Of a stretch of DNA of 64,000 nucleotides, positions 30,607-40,260 are shown one piece after another. Every line of letters begins with the position of its first letter. Position 1 is the stretch's first letter. Origin of the DNA: Treponemataceae bacterium (GTDB lineage: Bacteria > Spirochaetota > Spirochaetia > Treponematales > Rectinemataceae). The notes beneath the pieces are model-generated. The model was not told the origin of the DNA. It made no database searches and saw only the letters and a program-made list of their open reading frames with translations. A program made the position numbers and the translations under genes. Location: assembly GCA_963678065.2 (NCBI GenBank), contig CAXXVZ010000002.1, forward strand, positions 576,001 to 640,000, in the 5' to 3' direction.

Positions 30607-31764
30607 ATGCAGATGGCTCATCGATTGAAGGGACTTCGCGAATCGTTCATCCGCGAGATGACGCGCCTGGCTATCAGACATGAGGCAATCAACCTGTCCC
30701 AAGGCTTCCCCGACTTCGATCCTCCGCGTGAAGTGATCGACGCAGCGCACCGCGCACTCGATTCGGGAATGAATCAGTATGGCGTCACCTGGGGAAATCC
30801 GCCTCTGCGCCAGGCAATCGCCGCGAAGATGCAGAACAGGTACGGGCTCGTTTTCGACCCCGACAAGCACATCACCGTCACCTGCGGCGTGACCGAGGCC
30901 ATATCGGTGGCGCTGATGTCCCTCGTCAGTCCGGGCGACGAAGTCATCATCATCGAGCCCTTCCACGAAGGGTATCTGCCGGAAGTCATTTTTGCAGGCG
31001 GAACGCCGCGTTTCGTGGCGCTCGAGGGCCCCGACTTTGCGCTCGAGCCGGACAGGCTCCGCTCCGCGTTCAACGAGAAGACGCGCGCGATCATTCTCAA
31101 CACGCCGCACAATCCGACCGGACGCGTGTTCACGCGAACCGAACTCGAAGCGGTCGCCGAACTGTGCCGGCGATTCGATGTCATTGCGATCACCGATGAA
31201 ATCTACGAGGACATCATCTACGATGGCCGCCAGCACACTCCTCTCGCGACCCTGGATGGAATGGCGGAACGGACGATCACGATAAACGGTTTCGGCAAGA
31301 CCTTCGCCATGACCGGCTGGCGGCTCGGTTACGCTTGCGCTCCCGATCCGCTGTCCACCGCGTTCCGCACGATCCACGATTTCACGACGATCTGCGCGCC
31401 GGTTCCCCTCCAGGCTGCCTGCGTCACGGCCCTCGAATTGCCGGACTCGTATTACGTGCAACTCAGACGCGATTACACCCTGCGACGGGAAAAAATCATG
31501 ACTGTTCTCGAAGATCTGGACTTCACCGCCCACGTTCCGGAGGGCGCCTACTATGCCCTCGCGGATTTCAGTGCGTGGAAATTCGATGGCGACGACTACG
31601 CTTTCGCCCGCATGTTGCCGGAAAGATACGGCGTCGCCATCGTGCCGGGATCGAGTTTCTACGCGACACCGGGCCTGGGGAAAAACATGGTTCGCTTCGC
31701 CTTCGCCAAGAAAATCGAAACGCTCGAAGCCGCGGCGGCCAGACTCCGGGCAGGAAGGCGCTGA
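30607..31764 (+). CDS. PLP-dependent aminotransferase class I/II (YbdL/kynurenine aminotransferase-like)
   Basis: 'INLSQGFPDF', 'NTPHNPTG', 'DEIYE', PLP lysine 'GKTFAMTGWRLGY', 'VRFAFAK'. Confidence 0.93.
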   Translation: MQMAHRLKGLRESFIREMTRLAIRHEAINLSQGFPDFDPPREVIDAAHRALDSGMNQYGVTWGNPPLRQAIAAKMQNRYGLVFDPDKHITVTCGVTEAISVALMSLVSPGDEVIIIEPFHEGYLPEVIFAGGTPRFVALEGPDFALEPDRLRSAFNEKTRAIILNTPHNPTGRVFTRTELEAVAELCRRFDVIAITDEIYEDIIYDGRQHTPLATLDGMAERTITINGFGKTFAMTGWRLGYACAPDPLSTAFRTIHDFTTICAPVPLQAACVTALELPDSYYVQLRRDYTLRREKIMTVLEDLDFTAHVPEGAYYALADFSAWKFDGDDYAFARMLPERYGVAIVPGSSFYATPGLGKNMVRFAFAKKIETLEAAAARLRAGRR

Positions 31765-31829
31765 AGCGGGAGCGTTCGGCGTCGGCCGGCATGCAGAATG
31801 GTATAAAAGGAAATGAGCGGAACCATCAC

Positions 31830-33413
31830 ATGACACATTCTTCCCCTATAAGTCTGCGAACGAGAATAGCGGCTGTGATGATGGCGACCGTCATGATTTC
31901 CGTCATTATCCAGATATCCGCAGTGAGAGCGTTCATCAAAGATTACATCATCGATAACGGCTCGAAAAAAGTCCTCAGCATCGCCAAGGAACTTGCGATG
32001 GATTCCGATATAATCGCAGCGTTCTCCATGAACGAGCCACAGTACATCATTCAGCCGATAGTGGAACGTATCCGCATATTTACGGAAACCAGCTTCATTG
32101 TCGTCTTCAACATGAACAGCGTCCGGTATTCGCACCCCGCCCCCTCGAGAATAGGAAAGAAATTCATCGGCGGGGATGAAGAACGCGCCTTGAAAGGCGA
32201 GAGCTATGTCTCAACGGCAAAGGGAACCTTGACCACTTCCATTCGTTCTTTCGTTCCCATCAAGAATGAGGAAGGTATACAGATCGGCGTCGTCTCCGTC
32301 GGCCTCAATCTGGATGATCTCAAGGAAGAGACGCAGAACATCACCACTATCCTTTACTATATCGGAGTGATCACCCTCGCCATAGGCATAGTGGGCTCGA
32401 CCATCCTCACGCACAATATCAAAAAGAGCATTTTTGGACTTGAACCTGCGGAAATAGCCACACTCCTGGAAGAAAGGAACGTCATCATCTCCACTGTGAT
32501 GGAAGGCATAGTAGCGGTGGATCGGACGGGCAATCTGCTCCTGATCAACGAAAGCGCCCGCAGGCTCCTGGCCATCGATGACGGCGCCGATTCTTCGGAT
32601 TGCCCGGCAATATCCACGTCGATAGGCCTTGATTCGGTGATCGCCACCGGGAGGTCATCAATCGATGAGGAGATGAGCCTTGGAGGAAGGGATGTTGTGG
32701 TAAACCGCATACCCATGGTGTCGGGCGAGGAGATAATCGGCGCCGTCGCCACCTTGCGGGACAGAAGCGAGATGAAATTGCTTGCCGGGGAATTGATGGC
32801 GATTAAACAGTACACTGCGGCCCTCCGGGCTCAAAAGCATGAGTTCATGAATAAATTGCAGGTCGTTTCCGGTCTGTTGCAGATAGATCGTCACGCCGAT
32901 GCGTTGGCATACGTGAAAAGCACTGTGTCCAGGCAGCAACGATCAGTGGATGCTTTGCGCCTCGCCATCGAGCCCGCAGAGATTTTGGCCTTGGTTCTTG
33001 CAAAGATGGACGAGGCATGCGAATCAAACATAGATGTGGAGATAGAAGAAAGAAGCCATCTTCCCGCCTTGAGATCCTCAACGACCGCGGCCTTCATCAC
33101 CATCATCGGCAATTTGGTGCAGAATGCGATCGAAGCCTTAAAAGCGAGCAACCAGGAGGAAAAACATATCGTTTTGCATTTTTTGCCCCGGAGCGGATGG
33201 CTTGAACTCATCGTCGAGGACAACGGAACAGGGATAGATCCATCATTGCGCAAAAGACTATTCTTTCAAGGAACCACTTCGAAAGGGGAAGGTCACATGG
33301 GCGTTGGGCTCTATCTCGTCAAAAAGCAGGTGGAGATGTTGGAAGGGACAATAGAAGTGCGAGAAAAAGATGGCGTGATGATGATTGTTCACATACCCAA
33401 GGACAGACTATGA
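31830..33413 (+). CDS. CitA/DcuS-family sensor histidine kinase
   Basis: 'RYSHP...IGKKFIGGDE', 'FGLEPAEIA', PAS-like segment, 'LRAQKHEFMNKLQ', 'GNLVQNAIEA'. Confidence 0.92.
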   Translation: MTHSSPISLRTRIAAVMMATVMISVIIQISAVRAFIKDYIIDNGSKKVLSIAKELAMDSDIIAAFSMNEPQYIIQPIVERIRIFTETSFIVVFNMNSVRYSHPAPSRIGKKFIGGDEERALKGESYVSTAKGTLTTSIRSFVPIKNEEGIQIGVVSVGLNLDDLKEETQNITTILYYIGVITLAIGIVGSTILTHNIKKSIFGLEPAEIATLLEERNVIISTVMEGIVAVDRTGNLLLINESARRLLAIDDGADSSDCPAISTSIGLDSVIATGRSSIDEEMSLGGRDVVVNRIPMVSGEEIIGAVATLRDRSEMKLLAGELMAIKQYTAALRAQKHEFMNKLQVVSGLLQIDRHADALAYVKSTVSRQQRSVDALRLAIEPAEILALVLAKMDEACESNIDVEIEERSHLPALRSSTTAAFITIIGNLVQNAIEALKASNQEEKHIVLHFLPRSGWLELIVEDNGTGIDPSLRKRLFFQGTTSKGEGHMGVGLYLVKKQVEMLEGTIEVREKDGVMMIVHIPKDRL

Positions 33414-34114
33414 ACCCCATATGTGTGATGATCGTGGAGGATGATTTTATGGTCGCCGACCTGAATCGGCAGTTTACCGAATCATCCGATGGCTTTATCG
33501 TGACCAAGGTGGCGCATAATGGCGCCGAAGCCTTGGATTTCCTTGCCCAGAATATAATCGACCTTATCATACTCGATATTTATCTGCCGGACATTCGCGG
33601 GATCGAGCTGCTGAAGATCATAAGAAAGAACGATTATCCATCCGACATAATACTGATCACCGCTGCACACGATGCTGATACCGTGAAAGAATCAATCCGT
33701 TTCGGCGTATTCGACTACATAATCAAGCCTTTCGATGTGACCAGATACAAAAACTCCCTCTCCAGCTATATTCGCCGCCGCAAATCGCTGGAATCCGCGG
33801 GAATAATCGACCAGGAACGAGTCGATACCGTGATGACGGGAGCCACAACAAAAAGCATTTCACCCGACACACTGCCCAAGGGAATCAGTCTGACTACCAT
33901 GGAACGAGTCAAAATGGCTCTCGAGCCTATGAACGGAGAGATTGGAATAGATGACATTTGTTCGTCCATTCCCGTCTCCCGCATCACGGCCCACCGCTAT
34001 CTGGAATATCTCGCAGAAGAAGGTTTTCTCGAGAAAAACTATCGCTACCAGCATATCGGCAGGCCTCTCACGGTCTATGCCAGAAAGCGTTCAGGGAATT
34101 CCATCCGCGCGTGA
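33410..34114 (+). CDS. CitB/DcuR-family response regulator
   Basis: 'IVEDDFMVA', 'LDIYLPD', 'DYIIKPF', 'LPKGIS', 'SRITAHRYLEYL', 'GRP'. Confidence 0.93.
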   Translation: MNPICVMIVEDDFMVADLNRQFTESSDGFIVTKVAHNGAEALDFLAQNIIDLIILDIYLPDIRGIELLKIIRKNDYPSDIILITAAHDADTVKESIRFGVFDYIIKPFDVTRYKNSLSSYIRRRKSLESAGIIDQERVDTVMTGATTKSISPDTLPKGISLTTMERVKMALEPMNGEIGIDDICSSIPVSRITAHRYLEYLAEEGFLEKNYRYQHIGRPLTVYARKRSGNSIRA

Positions 34115-34236
34115 CGTTATGATCGCCATGCAAAGATGTGGTGATAAAAATGATTATAAAGATAATAATGAAACATATCTTTACGCAAAACTGAATCTGT
34201 GCAAACAATGTGCATGTGGCAAACAAAAGAGCAGAA

Positions 34237-34809
34237 ATGAAACGATCATTGTACGTCATTTCATTTATATGCTGTCTTTGCCTTGCCTCCGCGGATTTAT
34301 TCTCGCAAAGCGGGATAAATGGCCATGTTTTCCATGCCATGACTCCGGCGTTGATCACTTCGTGCGGGCAAAGTCCTGATGCGTTCACTGTCAGCGCCGC
34401 GGCACGGCGTATCGGCGTCGAACATCTGTACGACGACCTCATCGACGTTCCGGAACTCAATGGTTTCAAAACGGTAATAGTCGTGACGGGAGCGAGCCTG
34501 AAAGGCTTGGGCGAGGCTGGCTTCAGCGTTTCCATGGAGCTCTCAAGAGTTTCAGCCCTTCTTGCAAAAGCAAAAACGGCGGGGGTGAAAGTCATTGCCG
34601 TCCATATCGGCGGCGAGGCGCGGCGCGGAGCCAACTCCGAGAAGTTCATAGACCTCGTCATCGCGCGGGCTGACTGCATCATCGCTACGCTCGAGGGGAA
34701 CAAGGATGGAAAATTTTCAAAGGAAGCGCAAAGGCTGGGAATACCGCTGTTCCTCTTAAAAGCCCCTAAGGATATCGGCGATCTTCTGCAGAGGATATTC
34801 CGGATCTGA
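34237..34809 (+). CDS. DUF6305-like secreted protein, paralogue 1
   Basis: Signal peptide; 'TSCGQSPD', 'GASLKGLGEAG', 'HIGGEARRG', 'GNKDG'. Confidence 0.8.
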   Translation: MKRSLYVISFICCLCLASADLFSQSGINGHVFHAMTPALITSCGQSPDAFTVSAAARRIGVEHLYDDLIDVPELNGFKTVIVVTGASLKGLGEAGFSVSMELSRVSALLAKAKTAGVKVIAVHIGGEARRGANSEKFIDLVIARADCIIATLEGNKDGKFSKEAQRLGIPLFLLKAPKDIGDLLQRIFRI

Positions 34810-34888
34810 CAGGTCGCCCACGTATCGGACAAGACAATAAAACTCAATGACCAGGTCTACAAAAGGATCAAAAGGGAGAGGTGTAAGT

Positions 34889-35467
34889 ATGCCCGGAAGG
34901 CAAGCAACGCGTTTTGGCACATTGCTGTTGGTCTTGACTATGTTCGTCTCATATTTGGGAGCCATCCCTTCCGGATCGGCGGTACCAAGCGCAGGAATAC
35001 CTGTATTCGTCACTACGGCCGGACAAAGCGCGGATGCGCACGCCGTAAAACTCCTTCTGGACCGCAGCAAGATCAAATCCGGCTACGATGCCATCGCTGA
35101 AGTCGATAAGATCACGGGGTCAAAAACCCTCTTTCTGGTCATGGGCGGCAGCTCCAAGGGCCTGGGCGCGGCTGGCATGGATGAAGATGAGGAGATCGCC
35201 CGCATCAATCACCTCATAGATAAGGCGCGGAAAGAGAAGATGTACATTGTCGGTCTCCACATCGGGGGGGAATCCCGCCGTGGCGCCCTTTCGGCCAAAT
35301 TCATCAATCTTGTGGCTCCGTACTGCAATTATCTCATCGTGAAGAAGGATGGCAACAAGGATGGCTATTTCACCGACCTCGGTTCCAAGAAAAAGATCCC
35401 TGTCACACTCATAGATGAGACCCTCGATCTGGTCACCATATTCAAGTCGCTGTTTACGGGAAATTGA
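34889..35467 (+). CDS. DUF6305-like secreted protein, paralogue 2
   Basis: Signal peptide; 'TTAGQSAD', 'GGSSKGLGAAG', 'HIGGESRRG', 'GNKDG'; GAGGT RBS. Confidence 0.82.
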   Translation: MPGRQATRFGTLLLVLTMFVSYLGAIPSGSAVPSAGIPVFVTTAGQSADAHAVKLLLDRSKIKSGYDAIAEVDKITGSKTLFLVMGGSSKGLGAAGMDEDEEIARINHLIDKARKEKMYIVGLHIGGESRRGALSAKFINLVAPYCNYLIVKKDGNKDGYFTDLGSKKKIPVTLIDETLDLVTIFKSLFTGN

Positions 35468-35566
35468 CGACTTGAGTATTCATCGCAGAGCGGCGATCGG
35501 CGTCACAGACCAGGATACGGTCCACGCGTACGGCCGCCGCAGTACTACCCTAAAAGGAGGGAGTGT

Positions 35567-37411
35567 ATGAACAAGAACAAGGCAACTCGAGCCTCGAGCG
35601 CTCGCTTTACGGCCTTGCTGGTCGTTGCGATTCTGCTCGTCGTCGGGACATCCGTGGGTGCCCAAACCACATACCGACCGGATGTAGTCGGCAAACAGGG
35701 TGTCGTGGCTTCTGCCCACTCGCTTGCGTCCGAGGCTGGACTGCAGATTCTCCGCGACGGAGGCAATGCCGTCGACGCAGCCGTGGCAGTGATGGCAGCC
35801 CTCAACGTCGTGGAGCCCAACGCTTCGGGCGCCGCGGGGAATGGCTGCCTCACCATCTTCTGGAAGCCCGACGGACAGGTGAAAGAACTCCTCATGACGG
35901 GCGCTGCGCCTTATAAAATGCCCTCCGACGGTCTGAGCCCTGAACAGCGCGACGGAGGAATCCTCGCCGGCGTCACTCCCGGCAACTATGGCGGCTGGAT
36001 CGAAGCGCTCGATAAGTACGGCACGAAAAGCCTCGCGGAAGTGCTCAGGCCGGCGATAGGTTACGCGGAGCGTGGCTTCGCGATCAGCAAGTCCCTAAGC
36101 GACGTCATCGAGAGCTACAGGCCAATCCTCGAACTGAATCCCACGACGGCTAAAATATGGCTGCAGGACGGCAAGGCGCCGAAGGCCGGTACGGTCGTCA
36201 TCCAGACGGATCTGGCGAACACCTTCAAGAAGCTCTGCGAGGCCGAAAGCGCGGCTCTCGCCAAAGGTCAGGGCAGGAGCGCCGCGCTGAAAGCCGCCTA
36301 CGATCGCTTCTATACAGGCGACATTGCGCGCGAGATCGCCGACTTCTACAAGGAAAACGGCGGGCTCTTCACTCTGGAGGATCTGGCATCGTACAGCCCC
36401 GAATGGGTGAAACCCGTCACGACGAACTACAGAGGCTACGACGTCTACAGCACGCCGGCCACTTCCCGCGGCGGAATCGAGCTCATCATGGCGTTGAACA
36501 TGATCGAAGCCTACGATGTCAAGAAAATGGGCCTCAATAGCGCCGAAGAGCTCCACCTCATCGCGGAAATCATGAAAATCGTCAAGAGCGACGTCTACCA
36601 GTACGTCGCCGATCCCAAGTTCGTCGATATCCCCCTCGAAGGGCTGACATCCAAAGAGTACGCAGCGAAGCGCCGCTCTCTCATCGACCTTGGCAAGGCG
36701 ATAAAATTCCCCGAGCCCGGGCAACCGAAGGACTACCAGAAAGCCGCGTTGTCCGCGGACAAGACGTCTTCCGTCATCTACGCGAAGGCCGGAGACCCCT
36801 CGTATGTCACGAGCGCGGGCTGCACCACCAGCTTCAGCATCGTCGACCGATACGGAAACGCGGTGGGTGGTACGGTGACGCTCGGCGACTACTGGGGAAC
36901 CAAGGTCGTCGTAGGCAACACTGGCTTATTGTTCAACAACGGAACGCGCGATGGCTCCACCGCTGGCATATACCCGAAGAATGTCAACTATCCACAGCCG
37001 GGGAAACGCGGGCTCCTCAACAACTCGCCCACGATTGTGCTCAAGGACGGCAAGTTCGTCACGGTCTTCGGGACACCGGGAGGCGAAGGCATCGGCCTGA
37101 CTCAATTCCAGCTGCTCATGAACGTGGTGGATTTTGGCATGGGGATGCAGGAGGCCATCGAGTCTCCGCGGTTCATCCTCGGAGCAAAGCCGGACTTCTA
37201 CACACGTGGCGCTGAAGTGTCCTGGACCATTGAAAACAGGGTTGATCCAAAAGTAATTAAAACTCTCACGAGCCTTGGCCACAACGTCAAGGTTTCCAGC
37301 GCCTTCACCAGCAGCGTGGGAGGAATGCAGGGTGTTCTCGTGGATCAGAAAACCGGATGGATGTATGGAGGCGGTGATCCGCGGCGCGGCGGTTACGCGG
37401 TCGGATTCTGA
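35567..37411 (+). CDS. Gamma-glutamyltransferase-family Ntn hydrolase, secreted, with non-canonical substrate pocket
   Basis: 'GGNAVDAAVA', 'FYTGDIA', autoprocessing Thr 'CTTSFSIVD', 'GTPGG', 'DPRRGG'; signal peptide; AAGGAGG RBS. Confidence 0.92.
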   Translation: MNKNKATRASSARFTALLVVAILLVVGTSVGAQTTYRPDVVGKQGVVASAHSLASEAGLQILRDGGNAVDAAVAVMAALNVVEPNASGAAGNGCLTIFWKPDGQVKELLMTGAAPYKMPSDGLSPEQRDGGILAGVTPGNYGGWIEALDKYGTKSLAEVLRPAIGYAERGFAISKSLSDVIESYRPILELNPTTAKIWLQDGKAPKAGTVVIQTDLANTFKKLCEAESAALAKGQGRSAALKAAYDRFYTGDIAREIADFYKENGGLFTLEDLASYSPEWVKPVTTNYRGYDVYSTPATSRGGIELIMALNMIEAYDVKKMGLNSAEELHLIAEIMKIVKSDVYQYVADPKFVDIPLEGLTSKEYAAKRRSLIDLGKAIKFPEPGQPKDYQKAALSADKTSSVIYAKAGDPSYVTSAGCTTSFSIVDRYGNAVGGTVTLGDYWGTKVVVGNTGLLFNNGTRDGSTAGIYPKNVNYPQPGKRGLLNNSPTIVLKDGKFVTVFGTPGGEGIGLTQFQLLMNVVDFGMGMQEAIESPRFILGAKPDFYTRGAEVSWTIENRVDPKVIKTLTSLGHNVKVSSAFTSSVGGMQGVLVDQKTGWMYGGGDPRRGGYAVGF

Positions 37412-37436
37412 GCTAAGCGGTCAATACGATAAACGA

Positions 37437-37464
37437 GGCCCGGGGCTCCCCGGGCCCCTATTTT
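37437..37464 (+). terminator. Intra-operon GC-rich hairpin (weak terminator or mRNA stabiliser)
   Basis: GGCCCGGG-GCTC-CCCGGGCC followed by a short T-rich tail. Confidence 0.6.
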
Positions 37465-37484
37465 CTTCATAAGGAGCTCCTAAG

Positions 37485-38777
37485 GTGTCGCAGATCTGGC
37501 AGACTATAATAATCCTACTGATAATGATCGGGGTCTTCCTTATAGCAACAAGGGCGCTGAAGCTTTCTCCCGCCTTTGGCATGCTCTTTGGCGCCATTGG
37601 TGGCGCTCTCATAGCTGGGAAAGGGTTGGCGCTCCGGCATCTCGTGGAAGGCGCCTTCATGTATTTCGATGTCGTGATGGTGATCATCACGGCCTCCATC
37701 TTCATGAGACTGTGGAGTCAGTCCGGCGGTCTCAATGTATTCGTGCGGGACTTGATCAGAGGCTTCTCCTGGTCGCCATCGCTGCTCCTTGTACTCCTCA
37801 TGTTCGTCGTCATGCTCCCCGGAGCCCTCACCGGTTCAGGTACCGCGGCCATAATGGCGGCGGGCGGGCTGGTCGCAACCGTCCTGGAAAAGATGGGCCT
37901 CCCCAAGAAGAGCATCGTCGGCTTCATCGCCATGGGCGCCGTCTTCGGATTGGTCGCTCCCCCCATCAACATACCGGCGATGATCATCAGCACCGGCATC
38001 AACATGCCTTACGATGGCTTCTTCGGTCCGTTGCTCGTTCTCAGCGTCCCCCTGGGAGCGCTCTCCGCCATCCTCATCGGCAGAAAGCACGTCGGAAAGA
38101 AACTGAACGCCGGCGAACTCCTCGCCACTGTCGGTGGCGAAATCCCGCGGCTCGGCTCCTTGGGTGCCTACCTGCCCTTGATCGTCGTCATTGCAATCAT
38201 GATACTCCAGCGCGCCTTTCCGAGAAGCTTCCCGCAGATCGGCAACACCATGGTCTTCGTCACGGGATCCGCAGTCGCGGCTCTGCTGTCGAAGAAGCTC
38301 AAGCTGATCGAAACCGTCAAGAACACCATCACCGATTCCATAAGCGTCTGCTGCCTCCTCATCGCGGTTGGCTCCATTGTCCAAGTCATGACGCTAACGG
38401 GCGTGCGCGGACTCCTCGTCGTGAGCACCGTTTCGGCTCCTGTCACCCTCCTGTTTGTGCTCCTCTTCTTCGGCTTGCCACTTTCCGGATGCGTCCTCGG
38501 CACCTACGGAGCCGCGTCGGTGTTCGGCATCCCCTTCATGCTCGCCCTTCTCGGGCGAAACCCCATCATCGCCACTGCAGGCATCAGCCTCATCGCCGGC
38601 CTTGCAACCCTCACCCCCCCCACGGCCTTGGACGGACGCGCCGCCATGCTCGTAGTGAAGTACGACGGAAGCTACGCCCAAGCCCTGAAGACAATGGCTG
38701 TGCCGGTCATCCTCGCCGATATCCTGGGAACCCTCGCGGTCATCTTCGCATCCAGCCTCAAATGGCTGATCTTTTAA
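37485..38777 (+). CDS. Multi-pass secondary transporter, IT superfamily (TRAP large subunit DctM-like)
   Basis: Many TM segments; helical-hairpin-like motifs 'PGALTGSGTAA', 'APPINIP', 'LTPPTA'; AAGGAG before GTG. Confidence 0.82.
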   Translation: MSQIWQTIIILLIMIGVFLIATRALKLSPAFGMLFGAIGGALIAGKGLALRHLVEGAFMYFDVVMVIITASIFMRLWSQSGGLNVFVRDLIRGFSWSPSLLLVLLMFVVMLPGALTGSGTAAIMAAGGLVATVLEKMGLPKKSIVGFIAMGAVFGLVAPPINIPAMIISTGINMPYDGFFGPLLVLSVPLGALSAILIGRKHVGKKLNAGELLATVGGEIPRLGSLGAYLPLIVVIAIMILQRAFPRSFPQIGNTMVFVTGSAVAALLSKKLKLIETVKNTITDSISVCCLLIAVGSIVQVMTLTGVRGLLVVSTVSAPVTLLFVLLFFGLPLSGCVLGTYGAASVFGIPFMLALLGRNPIIATAGISLIAGLATLTPPTALDGRAAMLVVKYDGSYAQALKTMAVPVILADILGTLAVIFASSLKWLIF

Positions 38778-38789
38778 GGGAGGTCGAGA

Positions 38790-38939
38790 ATGCTTCTCGT
38801 CATTTTGTACAAAACCGTCTACTGCTGCATCCTCGCCGCAATAGCCGTGAGCCTCTTTCAGGCGACATCGCTGAAAACGAAAGCCTCCTTCGCGATTGTG
38901 GCGCTGCCCCTCCTCTTGCGATTGTTCGGGATCAAATGA
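38790..38939 (+). CDS. Small 49-aa two-TM membrane protein (absent from the ORF track)
   Basis: GGGAGG RBS; MLLVILYKTVYCCILAAIAVSLFQATSLKTKASFAIVALPLLLRLFGIK fills the gap between permease and deacylase. Confidence 0.8.
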   Translation: MLLVILYKTVYCCILAAIAVSLFQATSLKTKASFAIVALPLLLRLFGIK

Positions 38940-38952
38940 GGGAGATGAATAC

Positions 38953-40119
38953 ATGACAAGCCAGCCAAAGAAAAACAAGGCGAAAGCCGCACTGTCGAAC
39001 ACCGCTCTTTCATTCATCGTCGTCGGAGTCATGACCGCGATATTCATCTACGCGACCATTACCTTCTTGGGTATGAGGAAATTCGAGACTGTGCCCAAAG
39101 GCCCTGGCGTGACCCGCACTGGCCTTCTCTCCGATTACTTTTCTGACCTCAAAGGAAGCCCGGGTGACACCGAAGTCTTTTACCTCGAGGGTGCAGCGCC
39201 CGGGAAAACAGTCATCTGTCTCGGCGGCGTCCACCCCAACGAGCCTTCGGGTGTTCTCGCCGCGACCCTCCTCGTGGAGAATGCGCGGGTGAACACCGGG
39301 CGATTGATCATCATCCCGCACACCAACGCCAGCGCTTTCTCCTATTCGACTCCGGGCGAAGGCACTCCGATGAGCTACACCATCAAGACCGACTGGGGCG
39401 AACAGAAGTACCGCTACGGCAGCCGCCTCACTAATCCCCTCCACCAATTTCCCGATCCCGATGTCTATGTCCACTTTCCGAGCAATCAGCTCATGTCCGG
39501 AAACGAAGCGAGAAATCTCGACCGCTCGTTCCCGGGCAATCCGAAGGGAGGCCTGACCCAGAAGGTCGCTTATGCGGTTGCCGAGATGGTGAGGAAGGAG
39601 GGGGCCGGACTCGTGATCGACATGCACGAGGCCAGGCCGATGAACCCCATCGTGAACTGCATAATCACTCCGGAACGGGCCCTCACCCTCGCATCCTTCG
39701 CCCAGATGGACCTCGAGTCCAGCACAAAAGAGCCTTGGCATCTTGAGCCTTCCCCCACCAAAATGTTCGGTATGACACACCGAGGACTCACCGACGCCAC
39801 CGATGCCCTCGCGGTGCTCATGGAGACGGGAAACCCCGCGATGGACTATCCGCGCGGCCCCACCACCGAAAAGCTCATCGTTGAAGGCAAGGATGATTTC
39901 TACAAGATGGCCTCGGCCAAAGGGCTTCTCTATGTCCCGTATCCCGAGAAAGGCCTGCCCCTCCAACATCGCGTGGCCCGTCATCTCGCGGGCGCGGATG
40001 AGCTCATCCGTGTCTTCTCAGAAATATCCGAAGATGGACAAACCATCAGTGTCAATCACATCCCCACCTATGAAGATGTCGAGACCTACGGCCTCGGACA
40101 TTTTATCCTGAAGCCTTAA
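38953..40119 (+). CDS. Succinylglutamate desuccinylase/aspartoacylase-family (M14-like) deacylase with N-terminal membrane anchor
   Basis: HxxE 'GVHPNE', 'NLDRSFPG', 'IDMHE', 'LMET'; N-terminal TM helix. Confidence 0.88.
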   Translation: MTSQPKKNKAKAALSNTALSFIVVGVMTAIFIYATITFLGMRKFETVPKGPGVTRTGLLSDYFSDLKGSPGDTEVFYLEGAAPGKTVICLGGVHPNEPSGVLAATLLVENARVNTGRLIIIPHTNASAFSYSTPGEGTPMSYTIKTDWGEQKYRYGSRLTNPLHQFPDPDVYVHFPSNQLMSGNEARNLDRSFPGNPKGGLTQKVAYAVAEMVRKEGAGLVIDMHEARPMNPIVNCIITPERALTLASFAQMDLESSTKEPWHLEPSPTKMFGMTHRGLTDATDALAVLMETGNPAMDYPRGPTTEKLIVEGKDDFYKMASAKGLLYVPYPEKGLPLQHRVARHLAGADELIRVFSEISEDGQTISVNHIPTYEDVETYGLGHFILKP

Positions 40120-40260
40120 GTGCACACTCCCCGCCGCTCTCTGTGGAGAGTGGCGGGTCTCGAATGTCCCGCACAATACTATTGCAGGATCAACCATGCG
40201 CCTTGATTTCAATGATCCGTGCGATTGTCAGTCATTCCCTGCTATTCTTTTTCGACTAGA
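39743..40260. repeat. 518-bp near-identical direct repeat, copy 1 (partner 54737-55254)
   Basis: TTGAGCCTTCCCCCACC...TTTTTCGACTAGA occurs at both positions, offset 14994; only three substitutions seen by eye. Confidence 0.95.
40130..40157. terminator. Hairpin after the deacylase (duplicated at 55124-55151)
   Basis: CCCGCCGCTCTC-TGTG-GAGAGTGGCGGG; no long U tract. Confidence 0.6.

Noticed and set aside
31335..31829. N-terminal extension of the CitA-like kinase ORF
   Set aside because: It overlaps the aminotransferase in another frame; the kinase-like sequence begins near 31830.
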